The notes beneath the pieces are model-generated. The model had not been told where the DNA came from. It saw nothing but the letters and a program-made list of their open reading frames with translations, and did no database searches. The position numbers were made by a program, and so were the translations under genes. 64,000 bases of DNA from an uncultured virus (IMG/VR IMGVR_UViG_3300025769_000088). Lineage: Duplodnaviria > Heunggongvirae > Uroviricota > Caudoviricetes. The DNA lies in IMG/VR virus record IMGVR_UViG_3300025769_000088; one strand, written 5' to 3'. Every line of letters starts with the position of its first letter. Position 1 is the first letter of the stretch. This document shows positions 50,701 to 60,591 of this stretch, in pieces.

Positions 50701-53700
50701 ACAGATTGATTCTCGTGAAGACCGTTCCGTTGGTCACGTACAGCGATTCGTCGAATGCGAGATTGGTCGGCGGCAGAAGAGTGCCTGTCGGCAACAGGCT
50801 GGTACGCTCCGGCTCAATGATGATGCCCTCTTCAACTCGATCGAATTTCGTGCGATCGAATCGCAGAGCCGTGATCTGGTACTGATGAGTGTCCGCCTCA
50901 CGATTATTCAACACCGTCCATTCCTGGGCACCTACTGCTCCCTGGATGAAGAAGATCGCATTCAGCAGGACGTCTTTACGAGTCCTGCCTCGCAGGGTGA
51001 CGGACGTGCCGGACGTCCCTGGGACCAGAGGTATTGTGTCCGGAGCATTGTCTGCCACGACCACCACAATGCTGTCGCCAGGTTCTGTCGTCCATGTCTG
51101 GTCCAGTGTCAGCGTGCCTGCATCAAAGGCGTTCTCTGACTCAATCAGTTCGACGTCTCGATAATAGTCGAGAGTGCTTGTGAGCGTTCCATTGAACGCA
51201 GCATTGAAGTTTCCAGTAAGGTCTGAAGTTGAGAGCGTTGCTCCGTTGAGGGCACCGTAGGCTCCGCCATCTGCATCTGCCCATTGACCATTTTGGAACG
51301 GTCCAAGGTCACTGGTTTGAGCCCACTCTCGGAACGTGTGATTGATCCAGAGTCCGACTTCTCCCGTGGCAGGCAAGAGTTGCACGGTGAGATGATACCA
51401 GGTGTCTGCCGTCCACTCGGAAGCTGGAACGACGATGCGAGCAGCTTCCGCTGTGTCTGGAGAAGCTCCTCCAGCACCTGCGTGGACAACGAGGTCTCCC
51501 GTGCCGTCGAATCCGAGGTAGAATGCTTCGTCACTGGCTAACGTCCCTTCTCCAAGCTCAACAATGATGCCGACAGGGGTGGTGCCTGCAGCAGGCGTCT
51601 TGATGGCGCAGGAGATCACCGCATTCGTGTTGCGGTCCATGCCACCTGCTGTCGTATCCGTGACAGAGGTAATAGTATCTCCGTCAGAGAAACTCTCTTT
51701 GATCGTGTGAGGCTGAGTCGGAGTGAAGACGTCAGTGTCCCGCCAGTACTCCAGCGTCGATTTCAGAATGACACCTGAGTCCTGCACGTCCTGTGAAAAG
51801 TTGCCTGACTCTCCCACCACCGTTGTGCCGTTGAGAGTTCCGTAGCCACCGCCGCCCGTACTCGCCCACACCGAGCCCAGGAGATCGGCTCCTGCTGATG
51901 TGCATTGCTCGGCGACGTATTGGTTGTTGATCCACACTCGGATTCTGCCGGGACTGATTCGGTAGTCCCACAGGATGTCCAGCTCCTGGTCCTTGGCGAG
52001 ACTTGCATACGGAATAACGATCCTGGCACTGGTGGCGGCTGCAGGCGGAGTTGCCGAAGCGTCCCCAGCGCGAAAGACCAAGTCGCCGTCACCATTGAAT
52101 CCGACATACGCACCAGTCGTGCTGTCCCCGACTTCGAAGATCAGTCCTTCCGGAACGATCGCTGAAGGAATCTTGATCGTGCATTTGAAGACAGCGTCAG
52201 CATCACTCTCGACTCCGGTGTCCACGTACGTGGTGACCGAGGTGAACGTCGTCTCTTTGGCAATGGCGTCGGTAGGAATGCTCGTCGTCAAGGCATGCAG
52301 GGACTTGCCCATGATGCGTCCAGCAATCCGTGCTCCGACTCGATGCTCATCACTGATCTGAATGATCTGCCCAGGGGTGGTGTCTGCGTGGTCCCAGCCT
52401 GCCTCGTACGTGACAGTCTCGGTCTCGGTGGCTTCAGCCTGCAGGAGCCATTTGCCCATTCGAATAGCTTGTGCTCGGGACGTCGTGCCGAACGCAACCA
52501 GCTCGATTTGACGCCACCCAAAACGCTGAATCAGGGCAGGGTCTTCGACGACTTCGATCTGCTGCTTGTAAAAATCCAGAGGATCGTTCCACGTTACCAG
52601 TACGGCTGAGTGACGAGCCTTCAGTCCAATGCCGGAGTACGTGAAGTCTCCATCTTTGACGTTGGCATTCGTCACGACACGGGAAGGGTCTTTCGGCTGA
52701 TCGTTGCTGAAAGAAACTCCGCCAGCTGACCAGAACGCCATGCCTCGAAAGACTGAGGCAATCGCATTGATGACGGTGTACGCCTCTTTGCGCTGAGTGA
52801 TCACAGCATTCAACGTGAACCTGGGCTCTTCCCCGCCTTTGCCGTCATCGACCAGCTCGTCGCAGTAGATGCCGATCTGATACAGGGCTGCTTTGTCGAC
52901 CTGCGTGGCGTCGATGTCGTCGCCGAGTCCGTAGCGACTGTTCGTCAGCATGTCGTACATGACCCAAGCAGGGTTGTTGCAGTAGCCTTCACTGAACGTG
53001 CCGTCCCAGATGCCGGTGTAAACTCTGGTCTCGGGATCGTAGTTGGAAGGATGCTGAATCTTCAGACCTTCGATCTCATACGACCGCTTCGGAATCTTTC
53101 CGCCGAACAGTTCAGAATCTACCGAGATGGCCACGTACGCAGAATCCGGATACTCGAACTTCTGCTCCTGAATCTCGATGTAAGAGTCGACGAAAATCTG
53201 GTCCTGAGTCGTCGTGGCTTCTGACTCGGGAGTCGTTCGACTGACTTTGAAGATCAATGGGTAGTCACTGGGAGCGTCGGTCGTGTAGCTGCTCAGATCG
53301 ATTCGATAGGCTCGCTGGTAGGCTGACTTTGTCTTACCGGTAATCTCGTCCGTCAAGACTTCCGTAAAGGCTCCGCCTGCGTGATTCTCGGAGACCTCGA
53401 TCTTGATGCCGACTGTGTGAGGATTCAGGTCACCGTTCTCTGTGTTCTGCGTCATCAGGGAAGGCAGTTGAAGGATGACTCGAATCGCATCAATGCTGGT
53501 CTCAGTAATCGTGAATTGCGGAGACGAGATGTCCGTGACTTCCTGGTTGATTGCGACTGTCGATTCAACCTGGTCGAAGCCTTTCGCAGCAGCCTGTGTC
53601 GGCGTGCCCACTTTCTCTTCGATGACAACACCTTCAAAGTTGAAGGAGTTGTCATCGTTCTGAACTCTCACCTCATCAAAGAAGATGGACTTGGAACCGT

Positions 53701-53851
53701 CGACCAGTCCGTTGATCTCCCCTTCACAGAGCAGGTCCAGAATCTGAGCCGTGGCGCGAGAGAACAATGTCGCCGCATGATCGATCGGCGCACGCTGCTT
53801 CTTTCCGCTTTTGCCGGAGCCTGTGAGTATCAGCTGAGTAGGTTCAGTCAT
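47753..53851 (-). CDS. Tail tip / central fibre protein (lambda gpJ-like) with inserted lectin-like domains
   Basis: DLLCEGEI.GL, NNPAW..YD.LTN.RYGLG, YCDELV.DG.GG.EPRF, FN3-like regions. Confidence 0.92.
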   Translation of the reverse strand: MTEPTQLILTGSGKSGKKQRAPIDHAATLFSRATAQILDLLCEGEINGLVDGSKSIFFDEVRVQNDDNSFNFEGVVIEEKVGTPTQAAAKGFDQVESTVAINQEVTDISSPQFTITETSIDAIRVILQLPSLMTQNTENGDLNPHTVGIKIEVSENHAGGAFTEVLTDEITGKTKSAYQRAYRIDLSSYTTDAPSDYPLIFKVSRTTPESEATTTQDQIFVDSYIEIQEQKFEYPDSAYVAISVDSELFGGKIPKRSYEIEGLKIQHPSNYDPETRVYTGIWDGTFSEGYCNNPAWVMYDMLTNSRYGLGDDIDATQVDKAALYQIGIYCDELVDDGKGGEEPRFTLNAVITQRKEAYTVINAIASVFRGMAFWSAGGVSFSNDQPKDPSRVVTNANVKDGDFTYSGIGLKARHSAVLVTWNDPLDFYKQQIEVVEDPALIQRFGWRQIELVAFGTTSRAQAIRMGKWLLQAEATETETVTYEAGWDHADTTPGQIIQISDEHRVGARIAGRIMGKSLHALTTSIPTDAIAKETTFTSVTTYVDTGVESDADAVFKCTIKIPSAIVPEGLIFEVGDSTTGAYVGFNGDGDLVFRAGDASATPPAAATSARIVIPYASLAKDQELDILWDYRISPGRIRVWINNQYVAEQCTSAGADLLGSVWASTGGGGYGTLNGTTVVGESGNFSQDVQDSGVILKSTLEYWRDTDVFTPTQPHTIKESFSDGDTITSVTDTTAGGMDRNTNAVISCAIKTPAAGTTPVGIIVELGEGTLASDEAFYLGFDGTGDLVVHAGAGGASPDTAEAARIVVPASEWTADTWYHLTVQLLPATGEVGLWINHTFREWAQTSDLGPFQNGQWADADGGAYGALNGATLSTSDLTGNFNAAFNGTLTSTLDYYRDVELIESENAFDAGTLTLDQTWTTEPGDSIVVVVADNAPDTIPLVPGTSGTSVTLRGRTRKDVLLNAIFFIQGAVGAQEWTVLNNREADTHQYQITALRFDRTKFDRVEEGIIIEPERTSLLPTGTLLPPTNLAFDESLYVTNGTVFTRINLSWSPAKDARVMLYQVEALSPSGNREMIALTAIPNITIQPAEEGVWSFWVSSTSDALAATHIVSTAELLNQTVLGKTVKPGKVENFTAVRGFVTVTLSWDQATDIDLLGYNIKEGQSWEEATTIVERFAGTKYIVDVDTTDEVTYLIKAIDTTGNESEFSTSVTTSVQVLSAVTSLISYQRLHNIRVRWTPLTGVANVQYEVRHRGTNWETAQLLSTVATPYVEAPFSVDAESTVTIRVKPFVLLTSGRKHYGPETTVSHTQFPVVSGYRVKSQAEHPAWSEVDSAAAAGFLLHGPDAYSVFQDTDVIDTTSTPSSDSDQISSHEDPTFHVNLTVSSVGTAEGAIWQAGPTADNEQKGIIAAFDSAGSLIVRAGSTDPLLYQLADTTSMVGHWPLYETSGNRLDSFGSNDLTVTGGVTAETLHYCPTMGVGAVFGNGAYLTGSGHTFAGKDWTLSFEWYMDPDQDYEGTVFEVGGAGGATVIVQFFESGSKMKVTVNDSSTTELDVTGVDSSIASGTAVIWYTESTKLLSGELRNFDRDNVYGLSSNSTTIASSISDVASPSLYLGSRTGTPFYGVLRKVVLMDRVATSDERWNLHHHMDPIQSPRVEIAAGTVPKDTAMDLVVKVNQGDFDTAASIDVWLNGTLYSHTDPNGCRMKGSVRGNAFRQEIDYATSPGMRDWIEGDGSFHTSGTTNFDGELGTAFTDAVGAEVTLNSDLSYWKTQEVVAPLEVNVSDELTLTSTANYGQYDFDFDFAGLRKGRLWVEYTVSSVADDVLLINDAVDLINDADYPITLDYPENTPYLSVFIQLDGTGEFLPFEEATYEFITSKFRIVLQRDPVDDTIPLLEDFTVYFHNDGDQVTLQTQTTNDTQTTLTTNGDAAAATNIIVLTDDNTLRFEGTLIAKKSDNTERAKYFIEGIFERGTGAASVAEVTSMLTVLHEDVEAWDVEIAADTTNGGIAIKVTGVAATTINWIADIYVREFA

Positions 53852-54456
53852 GCCTGAAAATCTTCTACTTTGATGCCGCCACTGATGACCGTGGAGCCTA
53901 CGATGACTCGACCGTAAACCACAGGCACAGGTCCGCCCTGAGAACTCTGATTCACAGGACCGTTGAACAGGAAGGAAGATTTTTCGTCTTCTTCCGTCTT
54001 CTCTTCCTCTTTTGGAGAAAGTGCTCCAGAGATAAGAGCAAGCACTCCAAGTAAAGCCAGGCCAATGGCAATCTTACCAAAGCCTCCCAACGCACCGCCA
54101 AACCCAAGGACTCCTGCTCCCCCGCCCCCAAGAACAGGAAGACCAAGAGGGGTAAAAATAGAACCAAGCCCCGTGCCTCCTAAGAACAGTCCGAAGATGG
54201 CTTTGAATCCGCCCTGAGTTATCGGCTCAATATGAAATTCTTTCGCCGCAGTCGGCATGTGCAGTTCGCATTCATTCATGCAGGGTCCAGTTGCCCTTCG
54301 AGAAATCCTCCACCATTTATCTTTCATCGCATTCGCGAATTGCCCAGGATAGTTGGCTTCCAGGAGTCGGATTGCTTCCGCCGGAGTCTGGACGTCGAGC
54401 ATGTACTTTGGCTCGAACTTGTCTGCCAGAAATCCATACAGGTGGATCGTTTTCAT
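53848..54456 (-). CDS. Tail assembly protein I (lambda gpI-like)
   Basis: I.LYG.LA..F, TPAEAIR.L, SF.FNGPVN...QG.PVPVVYG. Confidence 0.9.
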   Translation of the reverse strand: MKTIHLYGFLADKFEPKYMLDVQTPAEAIRLLEANYPGQFANAMKDKWWRISRRATGPCMNECELHMPTAAKEFHIEPITQGGFKAIFGLFLGGTGLGSIFTPLGLPVLGGGGAGVLGFGGALGGFGKIAIGLALLGVLALISGALSPKEEEKTEEDEKSSFLFNGPVNQSSQGGPVPVVYGRVIVGSTVISGGIKVEDFQA

Positions 54457-55205
54457 CTCATCACCTCTTTCGGATCAGGCAACTCTTCGAGGGTCTTGTC
54501 TTTCAGTTTGACGTGTCGCAGGAAATATCTGATACGTTTGAGCCAAGGATTCAGAATGACTCTGGTCGAGAGACAGTCTTCTGTGTGATGAAGGATGATA
54601 TCTCCTCCAAGGTAAATCCCACAGTGGTTTGTTACTTTCGATCCGATCGTTCCCAAAACGATGTCCCAGGGTCGCAGTTCGTTGCTACTGATTCTTTCGA
54701 ATCCTGCCTCCTCAATGTTCTGTCGGGACAGCAGGTCTTTGGGATTCTTGCCTCGAAACCAGTTGTCATCACGGGGCAGGTTGGGGAGAGTTGTGATGCC
54801 AAGCTCGGCTCGATAAATGTCTCGAATCAGACACCAGCAGTCACGATGTCCGCTGAGGAAGGTGCGTCCCACGTACGGAGCGATCGGAGCAGCATCCCCG
54901 AACCACTCAATGCCTTTGCAGGTTCTGCCGTTGCAGCTCAGGATGCCCCACAGTCGCTTGGGATCATCGGCCTGCTGGCTTCGCATGTCGTCTTCGCTGG
55001 GAGCCAGAGAAGGTGTCCGGGTGTGGCTGTGAATGATCGCTTCAGCGTCTTCCGGGTAACTCTTCAGACGAAAAGACGACTCTGGATCGGGAGCTGTGTT
55101 TTCCAGTGGAATGTATTTACCGTCGTAGACTGCCCCTACGGATTCACACGGAAATTCTTCCAAGGCATGAGCCTTGGCATCTGCAGTGACCTGTGCGTCG
55201 AACAT
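54453..55205 (-). CDS. Tail assembly protein K (JAB/MPN plus NlpC/P60)
   Basis: HA....P.E, HSH....PS..D; DCW.L.RD, NHCGIYLG...LHH. Confidence 0.9.
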   Translation of the reverse strand: MFDAQVTADAKAHALEEFPCESVGAVYDGKYIPLENTAPDPESSFRLKSYPEDAEAIIHSHTRTPSLAPSEDDMRSQQADDPKRLWGILSCNGRTCKGIEWFGDAAPIAPYVGRTFLSGHRDCWCLIRDIYRAELGITTLPNLPRDDNWFRGKNPKDLLSRQNIEEAGFERISSNELRPWDIVLGTIGSKVTNHCGIYLGGDIILHHTEDCLSTRVILNPWLKRIRYFLRHVKLKDKTLEELPDPKEVMR

Positions 55206-55206
55206 C

Positions 55207-56013
55207 TCATCTCCTGGCCTTAATGCGGGCGACTCCGGGAAATGCTCGCGTCGGAAGATCAAGTCTTATCGGACCATCTTCCGGAGCATGCCTTACTTCG
55301 CAGGATCGTAACCTCTTGCCGCAGCTGTCCAGGGACGGGTCGTTGGTCTCAGTGTCGTCGTTCAGGAAGTAGGGTGCCTCTAAATCTGCAGGCTCCCTGA
55401 CTTGTTGATCTCCCTGCCAGGGGCAGGTTGCTTTGCTGTAATCAAACGCAGGTGGAACCGCTGAGGCATCCCAGCGTCGGTAGATGTGGCTGCAGGCATC
55501 TCTCAGAATCTGTCGCTTGGGAAGCATGCGGCCTGCCTGGTCCATCGAAGCCGACAGTTCGAACTCGACCATCTGCCGAGTCTCTTTGACCTTTCGATCA
55601 ATCAGATAAATCTGAGGCAGGAAGATCGCTTCGGGATCAGGCTCAGCTCCGTCATCCAGATACGGCTCGAACGTCAGGAACCGAGTCAGCCTTGCACCCA
55701 CCGGGTCTCCCAAGTCCTGCATGATGGTCGTCATTTCCAGATTCGTGTTGGCAATCTTCAGTCTCGGCGACGGCAGAACCCCTTTGCCCAGGGTCTCGAA
55801 GCCTGTGGCTTCGATGGCGATCGGAGTGTAGCTCAATGAGTTGAACGTGATCGTTCGAGATGACTCGCGGAAGCTTGAGCAGAATCGATACACGCTGCCG
55901 TAGCCTGAGCCGTCCAGCTTCTCAATGGCTGACGTGTCCAAGGTGAAGAGCTGAATTTCTCGGCCCGGTGTGAGCGACTGCTGCCGTCGAAGCAGACTGG
56001 CATTCTGTGTCAT
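55207..56013 (-). CDS. Minor tail protein L
   Basis: Y...PI.A.GFE, P.P.L.IAN, C...YR, D.CGK....C. Confidence 0.9.
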   Translation of the reverse strand: MTQNASLLRRQQSLTPGREIQLFTLDTSAIEKLDGSGYGSVYRFCSSFRESSRTITFNSLSYTPIAIEATGFETLGKGVLPSPRLKIANTNLEMTTIMQDLGDPVGARLTRFLTFEPYLDDGAEPDPEAIFLPQIYLIDRKVKETRQMVEFELSASMDQAGRMLPKRQILRDACSHIYRRWDASAVPPAFDYSKATCPWQGDQQVREPADLEAPYFLNDDTETNDPSLDSCGKRLRSCEVRHAPEDGPIRLDLPTRAFPGVARIKARR

Positions 56014-56363
56014 GAGTCATCTGCTCCAAACCATCTCGTGTAGGTGACCGAGGCAGTCTCGTGAGTGGCCCGCATTGACGATCTCCCACGCTTGTCGGTC
56101 GTGAACAACAAAGGTGTCGTGTGTCGAGGCGGCGTCCAGTAGAACGGCAGTCCGTTCCGCTCATCTAGGAAGTCGTTCAGTATCTTGATTGTCGCCAGGC
56201 TGAGATCGGTACAGCTCAGGTTCCATACACTCTGTTGATTGTTCGTGCCGACAATCGCTCGCTGGCGATAGCCCGCGAACTGCATCTCTTTGAACATGTA
56301 ATTGACTTCCTCACCCCCCGAATCCTGGGTGAACTGGATGTCAGGATGGGTTGGGTATGTCAT
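56010..56363 (-). CDS. Minor tail protein M (distal tail)
   Basis: F.GY.QR...G.N, FL....G.PF.WTPP. Confidence 0.85.
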   Translation of the reverse strand: MTYPTHPDIQFTQDSGGEEVNYMFKEMQFAGYRQRAIVGTNNQQSVWNLSCTDLSLATIKILNDFLDERNGLPFYWTPPRHTTPLLFTTDKRGRSSMRATHETASVTYTRWFGADDS

Positions 56364-59200
56364 ATCACATCCTCATTGGTCTTGCTGAACGCTCCGCCAG
56401 GACGCTGCTCCTGAGCAACGAACTCATTGAACTGGGCTCGCATCTGCTGCTCAAAGTCTTTGGCGATCTGGGCTCCGTTGCCTGCAGCATTGTCGCTGTT
56501 GCCTTCGACCGTAATGCTGACGTTCGGAGCATACGCGACTGAGGTCACATTGCCACCGCCCGGCATCCGGCCAGTCTGGTTGAGATATTCCAGGCCAGCC
56601 ATGTTCGGACGACTCGCGGCAGCGTTGACCACAAACTCATCGCGAGACAGTAACGCATTCACTGAGTCACTGACTCCTGTGCCGGGACCATGGACTCGAC
56701 CGCCTGTGGCGAACCGTGCAGGCACTGCAGGATTGTCCTGCACGAATCCTCCGCCGCTGAACCCAGGGAGGCCGAAGGCGTCTCCTACTGAACCTCCGCC
56801 CGAGAAGCCGAAGATGCCGCCGAAGAATCCGCCGAAGAACCCCATCAAAGGCTTGATGATCAGCATTCTCACGACCATGCGGGCAAGGTCGGCGATGATG
56901 CTGTTGATCAGCGACTTGAAGTCCAGCTTACCGGTTGTAACGAAGCCGACGAGCGCGTCTTCCAGACTACTGAAGATGGAGTTGAAAGCCTGTCCCATCT
57001 CATTGCCCGCTGCTTGAGCGGTTTGTCCAAAGCTCCTGGCGGCTTCCCCGACTCGCTTAAATTGAGCGACTCCTGCATTTCCGAAGTCATCTACTTTAGT
57101 TTTGGCTTCAATTAACTTGTCTACTGTTCCCTGAAGTTCATCCGTTGAGCTGCTGCTGCCTCCTGGACCAATGTCTCCTCCACCTGCACCTATCGTCACA
57201 GTGTCTGACTCTGTCCTTGCAGCAGCACCTGCACCTGCAGCAATGGCACTAAGTCTCTGCAGCACTCCTGCATAAGCATTGGTCAAGGCTTCTGCCGTCT
57301 TTTGCGCAGCAGCAACCAGGATGGTGTCTGCTTCAGTGGCAACTTCATCCACCTTGCTGAGTGCGGCTGTCTTTTCATCCGCTCGCAGGGTCTCTGCCTT
57401 TTTCTTAATCTCGTCCAGTTTGATAATCGAAGAGGTCACTGCTCCCTGCAATGCAACAGACTGCTCTGCCAGTGCTTTGTCATTTTGAAGTTTGTCCAGC
57501 AACGGCTGAAGCTCTTCCAGAAGCAACTTGTAATTCTTCAGACCCTCTCCCGGCTTAATGCTTTCCAAGGCTTGATTTATCGTTCCTACCTTTTCAGCGA
57601 TCTGTGCCTGAACTTCCAGATTTTTAGTGCCTGATCTTTCTGAGATTGACTCTATCTGAGTCAGTACGCCTTTCACTTCCTTCTGAAGGCTCAGCTTCCT
57701 GTTCAAGGCTTCTTCTTCTCGGCGATCCATCTCAAGCCCGCCGCCGACAAGAGTATCCTGGCCCGTCATCTTCTTGTTCATTTCCAGAACCCCTCGTCTC
57801 GCATCTTTTTCGACTTTGTTGTACGCCTCTATGTACAATTGGCCGATCTTTGTGCGCACGTCCGCCGCAAAAGCACCTACTCCTGGTTTCCACATTTGAA
57901 GCTGCCCATTAGACATGAGCTTCTGCATACCTTCCCTGTCTTCAGGCATTTCCAGTCCAGACTTACGCAACGTCTCCGGAGTATCTGGGTCATTCATAAT
58001 CGCTTCCAAGCCCTTTATCCGGCCCCTCTCCTGCAGCTGCTTTTGGATCGCCGGTTCTTTGAGGGCAAATCCTGCAAGGTAGTCGTCGAACAGTCCTCCC
58101 AATCCTCCCGCTCCTTGGAAGTGCATGAAATGTGAGATGATGTCCGCCAATGCGTTTGCGATCCTCATCATGAAGTCCGCAACTTGTCCCAGCCCTTTCG
58201 CCAAGAGATGAAAGGCACTTCCTAAATTGAAGCTGCCTCCCGTCATTCTTCTCAGAACAGCGTCAATGCCTGCCAATGTCAGCAGCAGTGCCCCTAAAGG
58301 GCCAGTCTTAATAACTGTCTTTGCGAAAGACGCTGCAAAGAATAGAGCGGCTCCTCCAGCCAGGCGGAGAGCATCGTGAAGGACACTTCCTGCGTTCTCC
58401 GCGACATTCAGCATTGTTCGACTCAGTGACTGAGTGATGTCGTTGGCTTGATCAAACTCACCAATCACTTCTGTGAGTTCATCTTTAAGACGTACGAAGG
58501 ACTGAGACAGGGTAGGCAAGGAGCCTGCGAACCTGTTCGCAATGGCATCTTCCGCCTTCAGGAAAGCATCGATAATAACCTCTCCTGTCAACTCTCCTTG
58601 CTCTCCCAGTTTTCTAAGTTCTCCAATAGAAACTCCCAGACTGTCAGCAATGATTTCAGCGACGGTCGGCAACTGCTCAAGTACAGAACGAAGCTCTTCA
58701 CCCTTCAGTCCTGCCGCCCCCATGCCCTGCGTCAATTGACGAATAGCATTCTCCGCTTCAATCGTCGTGGCTCCTGAAAGAATGGTTTCCTGGGAAAGTG
58801 CCTTGGTGAATCGGAGCAAATCATTTTGAGTCTTGCCGAGTCCTTTTGCGTTTCGAGTAGTTCGCGTGTAAAGCTGAACTACGGACTCCATAGAAGTCCT
58901 GGTCTCTCGGGATACTGCCAGCAGCTTTTTTCGAACTACCGTCAATTCTTTTTCCGAGTTGATCACTGTGCGAATCTTATTGTTCATCACAGTGAAGCTC
59001 TCAGCCATTCGAAGGGCGGCACGAATACCTGCCGCCGCAAACAATGTCTGAACAGCTCTTCTCAGCAGAAAGATTTGACGAGAAGCTAAGTTGGCTTTTT
59101 CTCCAAGTTTACCAGCAGCTCCTCCTAGAGCATTAAGGTCTCTGCCAACGACTCGTGTGCCGTCAGACCGAACTCTGATGTGCAGTGTGTTGGTGGCCAT
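56360..59200 (-). CDS. Tape measure protein
   Basis: A..QL.QG....L.GEE..SV.EQ.P tape-measure domain; FV.TGKLDFKSL..SI.ADL; GPGT..SDS. Confidence 0.92.
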   Translation of the reverse strand: MATNTLHIRVRSDGTRVVGRDLNALGGAAGKLGEKANLASRQIFLLRRAVQTLFAAAGIRAALRMAESFTVMNNKIRTVINSEKELTVVRKKLLAVSRETRTSMESVVQLYTRTTRNAKGLGKTQNDLLRFTKALSQETILSGATTIEAENAIRQLTQGMGAAGLKGEELRSVLEQLPTVAEIIADSLGVSIGELRKLGEQGELTGEVIIDAFLKAEDAIANRFAGSLPTLSQSFVRLKDELTEVIGEFDQANDITQSLSRTMLNVAENAGSVLHDALRLAGGAALFFAASFAKTVIKTGPLGALLLTLAGIDAVLRRMTGGSFNLGSAFHLLAKGLGQVADFMMRIANALADIISHFMHFQGAGGLGGLFDDYLAGFALKEPAIQKQLQERGRIKGLEAIMNDPDTPETLRKSGLEMPEDREGMQKLMSNGQLQMWKPGVGAFAADVRTKIGQLYIEAYNKVEKDARRGVLEMNKKMTGQDTLVGGGLEMDRREEEALNRKLSLQKEVKGVLTQIESISERSGTKNLEVQAQIAEKVGTINQALESIKPGEGLKNYKLLLEELQPLLDKLQNDKALAEQSVALQGAVTSSIIKLDEIKKKAETLRADEKTAALSKVDEVATEADTILVAAAQKTAEALTNAYAGVLQRLSAIAAGAGAAARTESDTVTIGAGGGDIGPGGSSSSTDELQGTVDKLIEAKTKVDDFGNAGVAQFKRVGEAARSFGQTAQAAGNEMGQAFNSIFSSLEDALVGFVTTGKLDFKSLINSIIADLARMVVRMLIIKPLMGFFGGFFGGIFGFSGGGSVGDAFGLPGFSGGGFVQDNPAVPARFATGGRVHGPGTGVSDSVNALLSRDEFVVNAAASRPNMAGLEYLNQTGRMPGGGNVTSVAYAPNVSITVEGNSDNAAGNGAQIAKDFEQQMRAQFNEFVAQEQRPGGAFSKTNEDVI

Positions 59201-59664
59201 TACTTGAAAATCTTTCTGGCGTTCTTGATTACTTCCAACGTGCCAAACTGAAGTGCTCTTTCGGCAAATCTCGGATAAGGAGTTCTGTCAGGAGGGGGAG
59301 CACTTCGAGGCTTAATGTTACCGACATTCAAATCATTGATGTAGGGCAGACTGTTGCTGATCCAGACATCCTGTCCAGTACGTCGGCCCTTGATAGCAGC
59401 GTTCACTGCCACTTGTGCGGCTGCCCCAGAAGCCGACGCAGTGCTGCCGTATTCCCCAGGGGAATACGGCAGTCGAGTCACCGTAGAGGGACTGCCCAGG
59501 GAGCCGGTCCAGTTGCTGAGTGCCTGGCTGGTGTCGACCGGAGTGGTCGCGATGACTTCCTTCGCGATGGCACGTCCGGCCAACTCCACAATTCGGTTGA
59601 CGGACTTTTCAACCTCCTCTGCCCTGCCGATCATTTCAATTCTAAATCTTGCAGGACTAGCCAT
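59200..59664 (-). CDS. HK97 gp10-like tail completion protein
   Basis: TPVDT..A.SNW, I.N.LPYI..LN.G. Confidence 0.8.
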   Translation of the reverse strand: MASPARFRIEMIGRAEEVEKSVNRIVELAGRAIAKEVIATTPVDTSQALSNWTGSLGSPSTVTRLPYSPGEYGSTASASGAAAQVAVNAAIKGRRTGQDVWISNSLPYINDLNVGNIKPRSAPPPDRTPYPRFAERALQFGTLEVIKNARKIFK

Positions 59665-60018
59665 TAGAACTTCCTTTTATCTTACGGTTCTTCTTCGACT
59701 GCTTTTCCTGCCACTCCAAAAATAGTCCGTCCATTTTTCGAATGAGCTTCAGCATGAGATAAGACATCTCTTCGTCCAGATTCCATTCTTTGCAATAAGT
59801 GATGATCGAAGAGTATGGAATAGGTCCAGTGCTCATGCCTAGTTGCCTGTCAGGAAAAATTTCCCAGAAGGCGTCGTAGTAAATGCTCAGTCCTTGAAGC
59901 AGCTCAGGCTCATCGAGAAGGGCCGCAGGTATCTCAGATTCATCTTTGTCCTGATACCTCATGTGCATCACTTCTCGATGCTTTCCATACGCCAGTTGCC
60001 ACTTCAGGACTTCTAGGA
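59657..60018 (-). CDS. Tail assembly chaperone, -1 frameshift extension (gpT-like)
   Basis: Open -1 frame from the slippery GGGAAAC; RQ.GMS.GPIP..I..Y. Confidence 0.75.
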
Positions 60019-60510
60019 GTTTCCCTCCATGATTTCTAACATCTCATCCTTGAAGGCTGCCGCTTCTCCGCACAGCTCCATGATCGTCGTAAAGGCTTCC
60101 GGATAATCCTCCAGAAGCTTCGTCAGATTCTTTTCAGTGATCGGAAGCAGCTCACTCGCTTCCTCATACGGAGTTGCTATAGGAGCACCTTCGTCATTCA
60201 GAGTGTACGGCTCGATGCCGTCGCACCACTGCTCGTTCACCTTTGTCTGCCACCCGGCAACGACCGTTCGTGCGTAGCAGGTTCTTTGAATCGCCTTCAA
60301 CGGCTCTTCCAGTCCCGGCGGGATTCTATTGCCGTGTGCCAGGCGTAGACGTCGCATGTGGGGCTGCAGCAGCTTCGAATGCAGTTTGTCATACTCTTTG
60401 TTGCCGCCGCCTGCTCGACGAAGCTTGACCTTCGTATCTTCGTCCAGTTCGAACCACGCTCCGTCCGCCTCTCGTGCAGGGTCCGTCCCGAAATTACTGT
60501 TCAATCCCAT
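60013..60510 (-). CDS. Tail assembly chaperone (gpG-like)
   Basis: Between tail tube and tape measure; ends G-N-S-stop with a slippery heptamer. Confidence 0.85.
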   Translation of the reverse strand: MGLNSNFGTDPAREADGAWFELDEDTKVKLRRAGGGNKEYDKLHSKLLQPHMRRLRLAHGNRIPPGLEEPLKAIQRTCYARTVVAGWQTKVNEQWCDGIEPYTLNDEGAPIATPYEEASELLPITEKNLTKLLEDYPEAFTTIMELCGEAAAFKDEMLEIMEGNS

Positions 60511-60537
60511 CTCAATCTCCTGTGTGCATCACTCAAT

Positions 60538-60569
60538 AAAAAAGGCCCGGCCCTACAATGGACCGAGCC
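60538..60569 (-). terminator. Intrinsic terminator after the major tail gene
   Basis: GC stem followed by TTTTTT on the minus strand. Confidence 0.65.
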
Positions 60570-60591
60570 CGAAGTCCTCGTCGAAGTTCAA

